A DNA stretch of 63,610 bases, the filler included, from Lenisia limosa (Eukaryota; Protista; Breviatea): the NCBI GenBank assembly GCA_001655205.1. It is 8 parts of 8 records of this genome, joined end to end, with 100 filler letters (N's around TTAATTAATTAA, not from the genome) between each part and the next. Parts side by side here need not be neighbours in the genome. Positions count along the whole stretch, not along the records: positions 1,351 to 27,959 come from LPNZ01011572.1; positions 28,060 to 31,489 come from LPNZ01010511.1; positions 31,590 to 40,516 come from LPNZ01000489.1; 5 more parts are not named here. One strand, written 5' to 3'. The number at the start of each line of letters is the position of its first letter. The first letter of the stretch is position 1. Made by a program: the position numbers and the translations under genes. The notes below the pieces were generated by a model. The model saw only the letters and a program-made list of their open reading frames with translations. It made no database searches and was not told the DNA's origin. Below are positions 27,569 to 40,616 of this stretch, in pieces.

Positions 27569-28459
27569 ACACTCTAGTCTGTTCCAAACACCGCAACTTC
27601 CCGCTTCAGTAGGAAGGGAAGTTGATACAATTAGTCTATTTTGAGACTCTTAAACATGATGTTGATGAAAATAAGAGATGAAATTAGAAATAAGTTATAT
27701 TATACCGTTACAAATACAATATACAATGATGAAGCACATAGTGTGCCTCTATGAATAATATGATTCCTCTTTACTTCTCTCATTGGACACATACATTGTT
27801 TTCTTTACGTTTTACTTATTATCTTTAGTTACATCTTCTGCCTCCACTTCCCCTGAGGTTAGTTGAGTCATGTTCACATTTCAATCTTCCAATTATTATT
27901 ATATATGCTAGGCAACCTAAACTCCGTATTTTATTCAAAACTCCGTATTCTATTTTTATNNNNNNNNNNNNNNNNNNNNNNNNNNNNNNNNNNNNNNNNN
28001 NNNTTAATTAATTAANNNNNNNNNNNNNNNNNNNNNNNNNNNNNNNNNNNNNNNNNNNNGTTATATCCTGGTGTCTGGTGATTAGTGTGGAATGAGAGGG
28101 GAGGGGTGTCTTGCAGTATTGGATGGGGCGGAGTGCCATGTTGAAGGCGGATGGATGGTGGCATTTAAACTGTGCAATAGATTGTCCATCTCTAACTTTT
28201 AAATTATTTATCTTTTATTGTCCAAAAAAATAAGTAGCTCTTTGCAGTCCCTCACTCCGTCTCAATTTACCCCCCCCCCCATTNNNNNNNNNNNNNNNNN
28301 NNNNNNNNNNNNNNNNNNNNNNNNNNNNNNNNNNNNNNNNNNNNNNNNNNNNNNNNNNNNNNNNNNNNNNNNNNNNNNNNNNNNNNNNNNNNNNNNNNNN
28401 NNNNNNNNNNNNNNNNNNNNNNNNNNNNNNNNNNNNNNNNNNNNNNNNNNNNNNNNNNN

Positions 28460-31206
28460 NNNNNNNNNNNNNNAAGGCAACAGTTGACTCAGAAGACTTC
28501 CCGGCAGGTGAGCGGAGGGCATTGTACTTGTCCAGTGTGTTTAATGCAAAGTGGGGTTTCGAGGAGCTTTTGTATTGATATTCAATGATTGGGTAGATTA
28601 CTATTATACTAGAATCCAATATCTCTTATTAGCGTGATGGTGTGGACGGCTTTGGCCAAATACAAACTATTTTTTTTATTTCTCATTGAGATATCATATA
28701 AGTACTACATAGTATATGTTCTCATGCAGGCACCCACCTTTTTAGGTATTCTTGAGGCTTCAGTTTCCTTCACTCCTGACCCCAACGTCACCGTTGATTT
28801 CCGACATTACTTCGACTACGTGGGGAGGGGTCTCTGTTATACTGGGAGGCACGCAGAAAGCTGTGTGCACAGAGCTGAGGCAAATGATTGGGTGAATTAA
28901 ATATTATCCTATAGTCCAATATCTCTTATGAGCGTGATGGTGTGGACGGCTTAGGCCAGATACAACTTGATATTTTATTTATCATTGCTATGCTATACAT
29001 ACATTCATTTACTCAGGATTGTATAGTTGTATGAGCGAAGATAGCACAAAGGTTCACACCAAGAGTATCAATGAGTGCACAATGATAGTTCACCCCCGTG
29101 AAAATGACCCAAAAATGATATGATATTTCCAAGATCCCCTCCATTTTGCTGATCTTCATAGGTCTCTTCTGAGCTTTTGGTCCAGCCTCTCAGATCATCG
29201 AAGAGGCAGTTCTCGTTCACAGTCAGAGGGGTATTGGTATTGGGTATTGGTATTGGGGGTACCAGGATTGGCACTCAATGGTAAAGGGGGTTACATTGAT
29301 GATACCTAGTATTGGTATGGATATATGTATGATACATAGTCTTGGTATGGATATATGATAGTTCATGACCAACAACTCAGTAGGTTTATTTGACATTTCA
29401 GCTTTTTTTGGGGTACTGAAATCTTTCTCGGGAAGATTTTTACTTAATAGGTTACCCTGTCAGCTGCTACAACTCTAACGTCCGAGCCAGTTGCTGTTGA
29501 ATTACCTGAGAAATATGGGTATGGGTTGGGGCAAGTGGTGCCTTTCAGAAAATTATTTGAACCAACTCTTTGATAAAACAGTCCTAGGTGTTATAGTCCT
29601 TATCCTTTCAGCTTAGGAGCGCTCTCAGGCAACATCACTGAGACAACCATAAGAGCCGCAACCAATATGGAAGGAACGTTCTATGTCGGTGGTACTATAA
29701 AAGAACCTGCTTTTTTTGTTTCTCAACTCAGCTTCTCATTTCTCTCTTACACCCACGAAGAACCCTTTTTATTTTCTCTTACACCCCAGATGAAGCCTAT
29801 CAACGCTACCGATTTAGCAATAGCCGACCCTTATAGATGCGTATTCGTTGCAATGCCCTTTTACAACCTGGTAGTTTTTTTAGGATGTAGTATCCCATTG
29901 TATAGTATAGCATATGATATACTATGTACTTATGTATGTGTAGTGTATGTATAATGAGTTCTTCGGTGCACAAATGTGTCTCAAGAAGATGGATTCAAGT
30001 CTGGACAAAAACCACCCAATTTTGAGAAATATTCAAAAATGTGGTTATATCATGTTGTAGATGTGCATAGTCTATTATATGACCATATACATATGACCAT
30101 ATATTACATATGCAAAAACATTATTTCACTATTATTATTATAAACAAACATTTTGTCAAACATAAACACCTGCATTTTTGACCTCCTTACAAGGGTGTCG
30201 GAGGTGTACCTTGATTTGATATCCGCACCGCCTTTTAAAGTAATTAGTATTGAATTTTCCGAGATTAACTCCCCCTTAGTTTTTGCTTTTGTTTTGTTAT
30301 ATTCTCCAGATTGACACATTGGTGCGTTTTGAAGCAGTGGAAACGCTATCAGGCTGCATTACTTACACTGTAAGTGGCTACTGGGACTGCCAAGAAATAA
30401 TAGATTCAATAAAATGAGGTGGTTTGTCTTTTGCAATGCTGCAAGCTGAGATCATATTACATGAAATCTTCTTGTGATAAACAATGGATATCATCACCTT
30501 TTTGTCTCATTTCTTGGTATCATTATTTTAAGCCCTCTAATTCACTTCATTCAAATCAAATCTTACGCCTTGTGTCTTCATCTTTCCTCACTCCTCAGGC
30601 CAATTCAACAGAAAACATTTTTGGTGAAGGAAGTAGGGGGGGGGGGGNNNNNNNNNNNNNNNNNNNNNNNNNNNNNNNNNNNNNNNNNNNNNNNNNNNNN
30701 NNNNNNNNNNNNNNGAATTTGCGAATGTTGAATAATTCACGGAGTTTCAGTGTACCACATTTAGGATCCGAGAAATTGATATCGATAATCCTTTTCTTAT
30801 CATTGATAAATAGATTACCCTGCATTAGGGAATAATAAGAGGGTCGCTAATGCCTCTTTAGGAGAGTTCTTCATGGGTACTTATCAAAGATGGACCCAGG
30901 CCAGATACCTGATTAAGTTTTGGGGGAAGGGGGTGTGATCAATAGTGTGTGTATGGGTGGGTGTTTTGTGGTGGTGGTGTGGAGGATCATCATATCACAT
31001 CTTATTCTACTTTATTAGCATCAAACTTATACTCCATATTAGTATTTTTTTTATTTATATTACCACAGAGAGAAATAAGATCCAGCTGACTAAAAACTCA
31101 GAATATACAATGACGTTCCAACCGTCTCAGTAGAATCCCAAACGGTCACGATTGAACCGCATAAGGACCTTTTTGGGGCCTATGATGCAGCCACCTCAGA
31201 TGTTGG
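28460..31206 (+). CDS. Multi-exon gene of unknown function (possibly extracellular), incomplete at gaps
   Basis: Exons ILEASVSFTPDPNVTVDFRHYFDY; VTLSAATTLTSEPVAVELPEKY; LGALSGNITETTIRAATNMEGTFY; MKPINATDLAIADPYRCVFVAMPFYNL; IYNDVPTVSVESQTVTIEPHKDLFGAYDAATSDV. Confidence 0.5.
28583..28688 (+). repeat. Dispersed intronic hairpin element (family C), 3' part
   Basis: aatgattgggtagatta...atccaatatctcttattagcgtgatggtgtggacggctttggccaaatac...ttttatttctcattg. Confidence 0.85.
28840..28990 (+). repeat. Dispersed intronic hairpin element (family C), full-length ~150 bp
   Basis: Near-colinear with 47047-47200; hairpins gcacgcag-aaag-ctgtgtgc and ggc-ttag-gcc. Confidence 0.9.
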
Positions 31207-31740
31207 TAAGTGGGGGTACTTCTCTGCCAAATGTTTAGCGAAAATAAACAGTTGCAACAGATCAAGTCATATAGAGTATTGAGGGGTGGAGTTCTTCGGG
31301 CATTTTTGAAACTAGATTTATCAATTCATGGAAATAAAAACATAGATCATATGTGTCAGTTCAAAATTCCGGTTTTTTTTGCAAGATCCGGTTTTTTTTT
31401 TCTTTTTCTTTTTTTCTTCTTTTTAAGGTTTTTTTTTCTTCTTCTATTTCTCATTTTGTTAATTCTTTGTAGCTCAAATGTCAAATTTTNNNNNNNNNNN
31501 NNNNNNNNNNNNNNNNNNNNNNNNNNNNNNNNNTTAATTAATTAANNNNNNNNNNNNNNNNNNNNNNNNNNNNNNNNNNNNNNNNNNNNTTTTTTTGCCT
31601 TTCCATTACCTCTCCATCTCCATTACCCTCCACACACACTCTCTCCCCCTCTTATATTATTATGAATGATGAAATTAATAAATGAAGACCACTACTGGAA
31701 GGAGAAATAGCTAACCAGACGTAAATAGCAGCCTCACAAC

Positions 31741-34700
31741 ATGGAGAAATGGAAGTCATATACAGTTGTGCGAGGTGATTCCCTGTCCTCTGTTGCAATG
31801 AAGTTCCATTCCACACAATCTGTATGTCTGAAGATAATCTTGAATTAAATGATCATCATATAAACGCATATTTTACATCTAGGCAATATCTACCAAAAAT
31901 TCGTTGTTCAACCATACCCTCTACCCTGGACAGGTTTGTGTATTTGTTAGATTTATGCATGAGTAGCATCTTTCAGTTCCTCATGTGGAAGAAAGTGAAC
32001 CTGAAATATGTCAACAAAAAAGGTAAAATATATCTTTCTTTATTTGTAGGTCACTCGTGGACCTCTTTGAACCATTTGAGGCTGTCTTTTCATGCAATAC
32101 CGCCCTTCTATCTCCTTTTGGGAGGGTTGGTTTCTTTTTTTCTTGCTTTTTTATTCTTTAGATTGAAGGAAAAGTAACAGTTTCTTCCAGTCTTATTATC
32201 TTTGAACCTTTGAACTTTTCATCCCCTGTTCAGCAACATGGTTTGTTTGTTTCCTTTTCGTTATTCCTAGGCTCCGTTCCCTTCCATCTTACTCTTCCTG
32301 CATCAATGATTGTTGCCATCACGCTGTTTAAAAACCAAGTCATTCAGTCTGAGTATTTCCTAGTTAACTGCCTTAGACAATCAAGTAGACTTTCAGAGCA
32401 GCACCAAACCCATCAAACACCGTTGGGAGATTTCGAAATTCTTCCAGCCCAAAGTGCAACCAATGCTTGGAGCAGAGGAGGTGCTTCAACCCATCCATTA
32501 AGCAAAGGTTTGAAAAGAAATAATGTCAATAATTGAAGAATTAGAAGTGTGTTCTGAATATGCCATTCAAATTGTCTGCAACCATGGCTTGAAAGGAGTA
32601 GATGAAAACTACTACACAATGGATGGACAAGGACGGATACTTGTCCATTTTGGCTCAAGTGTTTCACTTCAGAGTCCCACTTATGACACTCAACTACCAT
32701 CTTGCCAAACTGAAAATAAATCTCTTGAAGTTTCTCCCTTGATTCGAAAAAGATCGTCTTCGAATCCCCCTTCTCCTTGTGCTCTTTCTAATGATGAGTA
32801 AGGTTAGGATTGATTTTATTGTCTTCAGATTTTTGACGTTGTTTAAATGTCTCTTTTCTTCATTTGTAAAAGTTCAACTACCTAATAAGACACAACTTCC
32901 ATCTTTTGAATCATTAGTAAGATATCTTTTGTGTCATGTTATTAACGTTTTAGGAACAAAATAAACAATTATTAATCAGCCGTGACAGTGATTTCTTTTT
33001 TTCTCCTATTCCCCGTGTGGATTACTGGCATGTTTATAGTTTCCTTTTCCAAAAGGTTTGTTGGGTAGAAATTCTTAAACCGTGATGGAAAGTAACGATA
33101 TGTGATAATATGTTCCATAGACTTGAGGTTAGAAAAGAATGCTGTGGTCACCTTCTCGATACTATAATACATAATATGTCAATCATATGTATGTATATAT
33201 ACTTTTCAGATAAGTGAAAACAAAAGTTTTACAAGGGACACTAGTCCTGAGGGAACTTGGTTAGTGGGTGGGTAGAGTTAGATTGTAGGTGCGATTGACA
33301 AATTTGGTAAAAAAAAGATTTTTTTTTTTTTTTTTTTTATCTACTTAACATTATCCGGGGTATAAATTCTTATTTGTAATAAAAATCAATCGCGCCCTAA
33401 GGGTGTTGAGAGGAATGAACGAGGGCTTCAGCCGAATTCATCCGGAGGAATACACCTGCAACATAATCAAACGATCCCACTCTGACAATTTCCGATAGAT
33501 TCCTGAGTGTATGTATTCATGTGCCTGCAGGGTATAAAGATTCAGCTTAATATTACATATAGCTTTCACATTGATGTATTACTATTCCTGGTTTGCAACT
33601 AAATTGATAATAGATATGAAATGGTACAGCAATTCCAATTTGATTTAAACCTGTCACCATACATATTGGTATACATATAGTAGCTATATGCATATATATG
33701 TACATTATGATGAAGCGACTTTAATTATGCCTCCATTTCGTTCTCGTGAATTACTTCAACACTATATCATATATGTACGTGGTTCTTCATCCAATCTCAC
33801 ACGAGGAAACTTTCCTTACTGTCACATTGTGAATTACAACTCATCAGGATTCGTGTAATATTCCTCTCCCCGAGACAATAGTAACACCTGCAAGTCCTAG
33901 TTCTCAATGGCTTGTGTTGAATATGCTGCCGCGAGCTGGAATGAATCTAATGTAAGACTTAGTCTTGTTTTTTAGCCTTTTGCAGTGCGTCTTGTTTATT
34001 AGCTGGGTCAAATTCACCTGTATGTCTTGCCGAAATGGTGTTTCCTCGTGATTCAAATTTTGAGACTATTGCAAAACGTCGAAAAAAGTTTGGTCCAAAT
34101 TGGGTTTACATTTCAGGAAAGATAGACGAAAGAGGTCACAGTCTTTGAATAGAATCAAATCCCCGCCATTGATTTCAGATACATGGTTGAAAGCGCTGTC
34201 ATCCTCAGAAACAACAATTGTAGCTGCAACTTCAAAAATTGAAAAAATGTGAGAATTCATCAGAAATCATCTTTTAGTCTTCTTGAGGTAGATATTGATG
34301 AACCAAAATCATGGCTTCAGTCATCAATTGGAACTATTGAAGACTTTCGAGCAGTGGGTGATATTTAAAATATAACCCCTAGATACGAAATTGGCTTCCT
34401 GGGTACCTTCAGGAAAATCCCTGGGAGAGAGTATACTGTTCAGCTGAACAAGGATCATTTGTTAGAACCCTCTACCACAAAACAATAGACCAAGGCCCAA
34501 TTGTTCTCCTTATTAAGGATCACAATGACTTTGTAAGAAAATGTGAAGAGAATGAGAGATGGGGTTTTTCTTTTGATTAACTCGTCTAGGTTTTCGGTGT
34601 ATATTCACCTTACATCCAACTTCCAAAAAGAGATGGTGGATTTGTCGGAACCGGAGAAACATTCGTATTTTCGGTTTGCATGATAATATTTGGGATTACC

Positions 34701-35048
34701 CACTGCTCTAGCTTCAGCCAAAGAGAGAAGTCTACACTTGGACAAGAGCCAACTCTTATTTTATGCTCCCTGAGACTCGCTCTCTCACTTTTGGTGGAGG
34801 GTATGCTCGTTGTTCACTGACATTTTCAGTTCGGGGTTTGCCCTACGTCTTGAATCATCTCTTATGGAAGGGGCGTCTTCAAAATGCTCCACCTTTAATA
34901 ACCCTTCGTTGTCATCAAACCCGTTATTCCAGGTATGTAGCCAATAATTAAGCTAATATAGTAGATAAAAGCTGTTGAAGCATGGGCTGTTGAATTCAAC
35001 TCAAAAAAGAACCAAGATGCAACCCCATCAATCTTATCTGTCATATAA
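31741..35048 (+). CDS. OXR1: OXR1/NCOA7-like protein: N-terminal LysM and C-terminal TLDc domain
   Basis: LysM: YTVVRGDSLSSVAMKFHSTQSAISTKNSLFNHTLYPGQ. TLDc: WLPGYLQENPWERVYCSAEQGSFVRTLYHKTIDQGPIVLLIKDHNDFVFGVY..FVGTGETFVF..NSYFM..LTFGGG..FALRLESSLMEGASSKCSTFNNPSLS..IKAVEAW. The symbol denotes the family only. Confidence 0.88.
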
Positions 35049-35116
35049 AGAAACCAAAACGCCAACACAAGACTAAGTATGGTAACACGGTTGGGTCTTA
35101 CCCAGAGTCCAACTGT

Positions 35117-35783
35117 TTACTCTTCATCAGGGGCGTCAAATGCATCGTTTTCTTTCACATCCAGCATGTCTTCAAAGCGGGTAAGGTTGGACATTCCTTC
35201 AGCTGAAAGACCTTAAAAGTCAGAAGCAGATAAAGACCTGAATTCAACACAAACCCATGTCATTTGGGGCCTCATCATCAGATCCCTCAATTGGGTTAGC
35301 AGAGACACCATCACAGAACTTTTGGAAAAGGACACCTTCTAAACCATAACGTTATTTTTTTTTTATTTTGGATTACTCAATTGCTTGTCACAAGGGTTGA
35401 AGTGGATATCGTTGACCTGGTAGTCTTCTTCATCTTCCTCAATTTCTGCACCTTCAACGAGGTCTTTCTGCTCTGGGGAATCTTCAAAATTGTGAGGGCA
35501 TGAAGTCATTGCCTACGTAATTGACAATAGATGCCTTCTTCGGAAATAGCATGAAGACAAATATCAGAAAACGGAAAAGTGAACCCATTGTCTTCAGACT
35601 GCCATATGACACGTCTGAATAATTACACACGCCAAGTTGAACTTACTTTGAAGTGATTATGAGCTTCCCAAGTCCTTTTTTCTCTTCAACAAGGGTAAAG
35701 CTGACTTCAGGGTATTCTCCAAAAATAGTTTCATTTTCTTCAGGAGCAAATCCGGTTTTAAGGGCACCAAATTCAGAAATCAT
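35117..35783 (-). CDS. CLNS1A: pICln / methylosome subunit (Voldacs domain), 5 exons
   Basis: Spliced: MISEFGALK..GLGKLIITSKRVIWQSEDNGFTFPFSDICLHAISEEGIYCQL..acidic region..NDIHFNPCDKQL..LFQKFCDGVSANPIEGSDDE..FEDMLDVKENDAFDAPDEE*. Confidence 0.8.
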
Positions 35784-36076
35784 GACAGCGGGTCACAACG
35801 GTCTACTGTCTGGGGGTCTTTGGGGGTCTACAAGGGACCAAAAAGGACAATATAAAGGGAAAAAACTTTCCTGCTTCGCCGGCGGGTTTAACTCCGATTT
35901 CATCTTATACCAGAGAGGAGGACCCGGCGGCGGTTCGGGAAGAACACACTGGAAAAACAGGGGTAGTAGAATATGTTATATCTGGGGAATACATTATACA
36001 CTTATTTAAAGAACAAGGAAAATTGGATAATTGAAAAATTTGCAGAAATTGAGAAAAAGTCAAAATAAATAACAAA
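35784..36076. promoter_or_regulatory. Probable bidirectional promoter between pICln and SAP18 (~290 bp)
   Basis: Head-to-head ATGs at 35783 (-) and 36077 (+); GC-rich motifs gccggcgggtttaac and cccggcggcggttcggg lie between them. Function is inferred from geometry. Confidence 0.55.
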
Positions 36077-36952
36077 ATGAGTACCTTTAGAAGAGTTAAC
36101 CGCGAAAAGGTTGGCATAAACGGGTTGTATGTTAACTATTCAGACATGTCCCTTCCTCCTCCGTATCTTCCCCATTGTTGGAGCCCATAACAAGTATGGA
36201 TAAGAAATTGATGGAGTTACTGCTATCTGTTTCGTTTCTCACATCAACCCTTTTTTCTGGGCTCCATCTCTTCCTTCGCTGGGCCAACAGCTTTAATTTG
36301 CAATTAAATGACATCGTTCTAAAGATTAAATTAATTAGGGAATCTTCCTACGCGAAAGGAGACACCCCCAAGAACGAAATCCAGATCCACACTTGGTTGG
36401 TTTTGGTCTCTTATGTTTAACTTTGTCTTGGAATTACATTCGTTGTTTTCAAGCTGTTTTTTGTTTTCAACTCCCCACACACCCTCATCGTTAAGCCATT
36501 CTTGGTCCAATCTTAGTCTAATCGTCAGGATGGACGCAACCCTCTTTGAGATCCGAGATTTGATGAAGGAGTTGGTCCCTGATATGAGGAAGGACGGAGG
36601 CCGCGTGTCTATTGCCCTTGTCTACCCTGACAAAACATCGAAGTTCACAATGAGAGAGGTAGGAGGACTCTTTTTTTTATTTTCAGACACTCATATGTAA
36701 TTTAACTTCAGGTTGGGCGTATTTACTGTTGCAAATCAGGACCTGACGACAAAAAGACTCTCCAGGTAATAAGGAACTGCTCTCTTGTTAAATACCTGTT
36801 TTGGTTAAAAAAAAATATTTCTTTTTCTGTTGTGTTTAAGTTTTATCTTTTATTTTTCGCCATTTTGATTACTCTTTCTATTTTCTTGACCCGCATAGGA
36901 TCTCCAACTTCAACCAGGTGACTACTTGGACGTAGCTATTTACCTTGATTAA
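36077..36952 (+). CDS. SAP18: Sin3-associated protein 18 (SAP18), 5 introns
   Basis: Spliced: MSTFRRVNREKTCPFLLRIFPIVGAHN..EIQIHTWMDATLFEIRDLMKELVPDMRKDGGRVSIALVYPDKTSKFTMREVGRIYCCKSGPDDKKTLQDLQLQPGDYLDVAIYLD*; all SAP18 hallmark motifs are present. Confidence 0.93.
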
Positions 36953-37845
36953 ATCTGAGTTTGGGAGGAATTTATTTAGTCACATACTTTCGGAGAAGAT
37001 AATTCCGCTTGGCTTTAGAATTGCAGCTGAAAGACGCAGTGATTTCAAGTCGTCCGACTGTGAAGCAGTGAAGGGGTATAAATAAGGCACTATCACCTTG
37101 GTTGCAAAAACAATCTACCAATCTACCTGTTTTTGATAAACTGCATGGAGGTAAACTGATTTACGAAATTACTTTACCTGCATTACCACATCGTCTGTAG
37201 GTGGGGTTACGTCAAGTACTGTCTTACATAAATAAATAACTTGACTTGTTTTGGCACCCTTTGATTTTGGACTGTTAATTAGGGGTCACACAGGTCCTTG
37301 TCCTTCTAAACAACTTCTAATAATGATTATTCAACGCAAATTGGTGCGCGCCGCCGGATCTTGAGTTGTCCCCTGGGTCCGGGCCGGCAACGAACAAAAT
37401 AACTCCGGGGGACGCGCACGTAATCGCGGCGAAAAGTACTTGGCTCGGAGGAGGCTCATATTTTCGATCTCTTGATCTTGGCGCCGCTGTACCGGTGTAA
37501 ATGATTCCACCTCTCTGATATCTCACTGATATCGCTCGCTAGCTCGCTAGTGGTATTGCGCTAGTAGTTGTGTGTTGTTTGTCTGAGAAACTGCATGAAC
37601 ACAAACCAACCTCCTCATCCTAAGCCTCTTCTTCCCCCTTCCTTCGCCTATAAACACATTTTTAAGAAAATCTAAGAACCTCTACTAATCTTGAGGCTTT
37701 CGGTCCACCTCCCTAGTGTGGCGGCGAATTTCTTGCACGAAACACAGAAACACATTCTTCGGACCTGAAGAACCCGAGACTCTGTATTTGAAGCTGCACT
37801 GAAGAAGGAAGACAACATGAGTGAGACAACAATGATGATAAAGCG

Positions 37846-40516
37846 ATGAAGGAGAAGACAATTGAGCTCGGCAGTGCCTCAGGATTCGGGGTGGTCAGTG
37901 ACCGTTCCTCTCTCACTGTCAAGTACCCAAGGTCTGCGAGCCTTTCTCTTCTCTTTTAATAAAATGCTAATGCTTGCTACTCTATACTACTATCTATTTT
38001 CGCAGCTCCGATAATAAACTGAAAATAAAGGCTTAACTAACCTAGGGTTATAAATATAAACAAGTTTATTTATCCCCTAGAACTACCCCCTTTCTTCACC
38101 CTTTAGAACGGACAGTTTCAACACCTGCCATCTAACCGAGGCCGCGGCCCCCACGGTTTGTCAAATTGTTGTAGCAAGTGCATACTGGATTTTTAACTTG
38201 TCTTTTGAACTACAATACTCAAATATGTTGAGGAAGTGTGCTGCTTTCTTGGGGACAGTGAGTTGGTTTTTTTTTTGCTTTTAAAGGGAAATTCTTTTTA
38301 TATTGTTTTTTTTTAATATTCTTGGTGATGGATTCTTTGAGATGACTTCCTTGTTTTGACTACTACATGTTTTTTATCTTAATTTGATGGAGAAAACTGT
38401 TTGTAATACAAAATGAGTCAGTGCTAACGCCCATTCACACGCTTCAGATTAACCATCTTGACGTTACCAATTTTTATAATGAGTTCATCAACACAAAGCT
38501 GGAGACAGAGTACCGCAAATATCACTTTGTTAGCCGGGGGCTGTTCGGAATGCTTTTTATGAATATTTGACTTCGCCCTCCCTTTGTAGTCCATTCCTTT
38601 TCAAAAAAACAGCGCGATTGCTCTTGTTGTAACCATTTAGACACAAGCTCAAATAATAGTCCGTCCATTCATCACGGTTTGTGTTTTTGTGGACCCTGTT
38701 TGTCTTTGACCTCGTAGGTCTTCACTTGGCTGATAGGAGCTGTTGTCATTACACTTGTTCTCCAATTAACATCAAATCAACCTTCCACTATTGTTACAAA
38801 ACTCATCGCCCATGCTGTTTATTTCTTCTTGATCCTGTTTGTCAAGGTCTTCTTCAGTACAGTGTCCCTAGATACTGGTGCGTGGGTTAGTGTGTGCTTG
38901 GGAGGAGGCTATGGGATGTTTAGTTCTTGTTTTGTAACCACTTTAGCCATTCGATACTGTGAATGGCTGTATCCACTAACATCGTACGGCCTTATTCTTG
39001 CAAGTAAGCTGTTAATCAGGATAATTTATGATAGTTTGGATGATTTCATATCTCCTCTATTTTTTTTTTTTCACCTTTACTTAAACACTCATTTTCAATC
39101 TTCTAGATTGGGTGCCTAAACTTTATAACAAGGAAGAAAGCTTTCAAGATGGCGAATCCAAACATGTAAAGTTCTATATTTAAGCTAACTTAGCTGTAGG
39201 TTTCAATTTTCGCCTTAGTGCTCTTCGCAACTCCCCTTGTATTCAACACTCTCTTCCGGTATCCCTTGAACATTGTGTTAACCTTTTGTTACTACAAGTG
39301 ATAATTTTAGAACAACTGCAATCTTTACCTGTTTCACCATACTCTCAATTGCGACACTTTATTACTACCATGGTTTGCTGGTTCTCATTGCATCCATATA
39401 TTACGTACTACATGTGAGATTATATCGGTTTCAGTTCATATAAATTATTCAGATGTTAAGTTCTTGTTGTGACAGATCAGATGAAACTGATGGTTTTTTT
39501 GGCGAGACTGGCTACGGCTTTATCTTAGTCTTCATCCTCTTCTATATTCCCTATTCGTAAGCAAAATTGGTACACCGTATTCATGTCTCAATGTACCTCA
39601 TCTCCTGTTACAATGCTAAAAATTAATCCTCCACATTAGTTACACATCTCACGGTTGCAGAATAGTGTTTCGGTCGCTGGACCGCAACTTCAGGTCGGAG
39701 TTTTTGGCCCGGCGGCGACTGGCGAGTGAAAACAAAAAGCTGCAAGCTCGGCTTGGTTGGTGGAATGTCGGCGCAGCACTGACAGTACAGGAGCCATAAC
39801 TGTGCTGAAGTCACAGATCAAGGGCAAACAGGGCACTGTCGATGAGGAGACCAAGGCCTGGTTTCTCAACACTTACGCCACGGCCGATGAAGTAACAGGG
39901 ATGGGCTGTCTGTGTCCGTGTTATTACATGTTGTTCCTCTTCCACCTTTTGTTTTTACTATTTTTCAGCATTCACAAAGCTCGTCGCCAGCTGTATCCAA
40001 AATGGGCGTAGGCAGAGTGTTGCTATTATTGCAGTGAAACGTTAATCCAGATCACGTTTCTTATTTCTCAGACGCGGCGCTCTAGTCTAGCTCAAAGTAG
40101 ACGACAGTCCATTTCAGTTCCCCATTCCTTGCTACACATCGCATCAGACGCCCCTGAAGGTGGGATGGCCAACTAGGTGCTCTTTTGTATCGATCCTGCC
40201 TCCATGTAACTAACTCATCAGCTGCCAAGACCCTACTTACAGCCATGGCATCTTTCGACTGTCCCACCTTCAAATTTGCCCAGGCCTGCCCCGACCATTA
40301 CCTTCCGTACTTCGTTTGGGGGTTCTCTTTCGTAAAAGACACATATTATTCATCGATTGTGTAACTAAAACCCCAGACGTTTCATTTGCTCAGTACGCAC
40401 TTTTGTGTCCTTCCAGCACTCAGCATATCTCCTCAGGTGGGGGACCTTTGGTATGTTCATTACCTCACCCCACAGCTGCTAATGTCGTACCTCAGTAACA
40501 TTGACCGGACTTACCA
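37846..40516 (+). CDS. Multi-TM protein leading into a class I cyclic-nucleotide phosphodiesterase domain; truncated at assembly join
   Basis: Several hydrophobic exons (VFTWLIGAVVITLVLQL..AVYFFLILFVKVFF; LFATPLVFNTLF; AIFTCFTILSIATLYY; YGFILVFILFYIPYS), then VDEETKAWFLNTY and SFDCPTFKF..HYLPYFTFHLLSTHFCVLPALSISPQLLMSYLSNIDRTYH. This matches the PDE helices just before the YHN..HAAD motif, which falls in the gap. The start codon is tentative. Confidence 0.65.
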
Positions 40517-40616
40517 NNNNNNNNNNNNNNNNNNNNNNNNNNNNNNNNNNNNNNNNNNNNTTAATTAATTAANNNNNNNNNNNNNNNNNNNNNNNNNNNN
40601 NNNNNNNNNNNNNNNN

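Noticed and set aside
29830-29875. CVFVAMPFYNL resembling kinase subdomain V
   Set aside because: No other kinase motifs (GxGxxG, HRD, DFG) occur in neighbouring exons.
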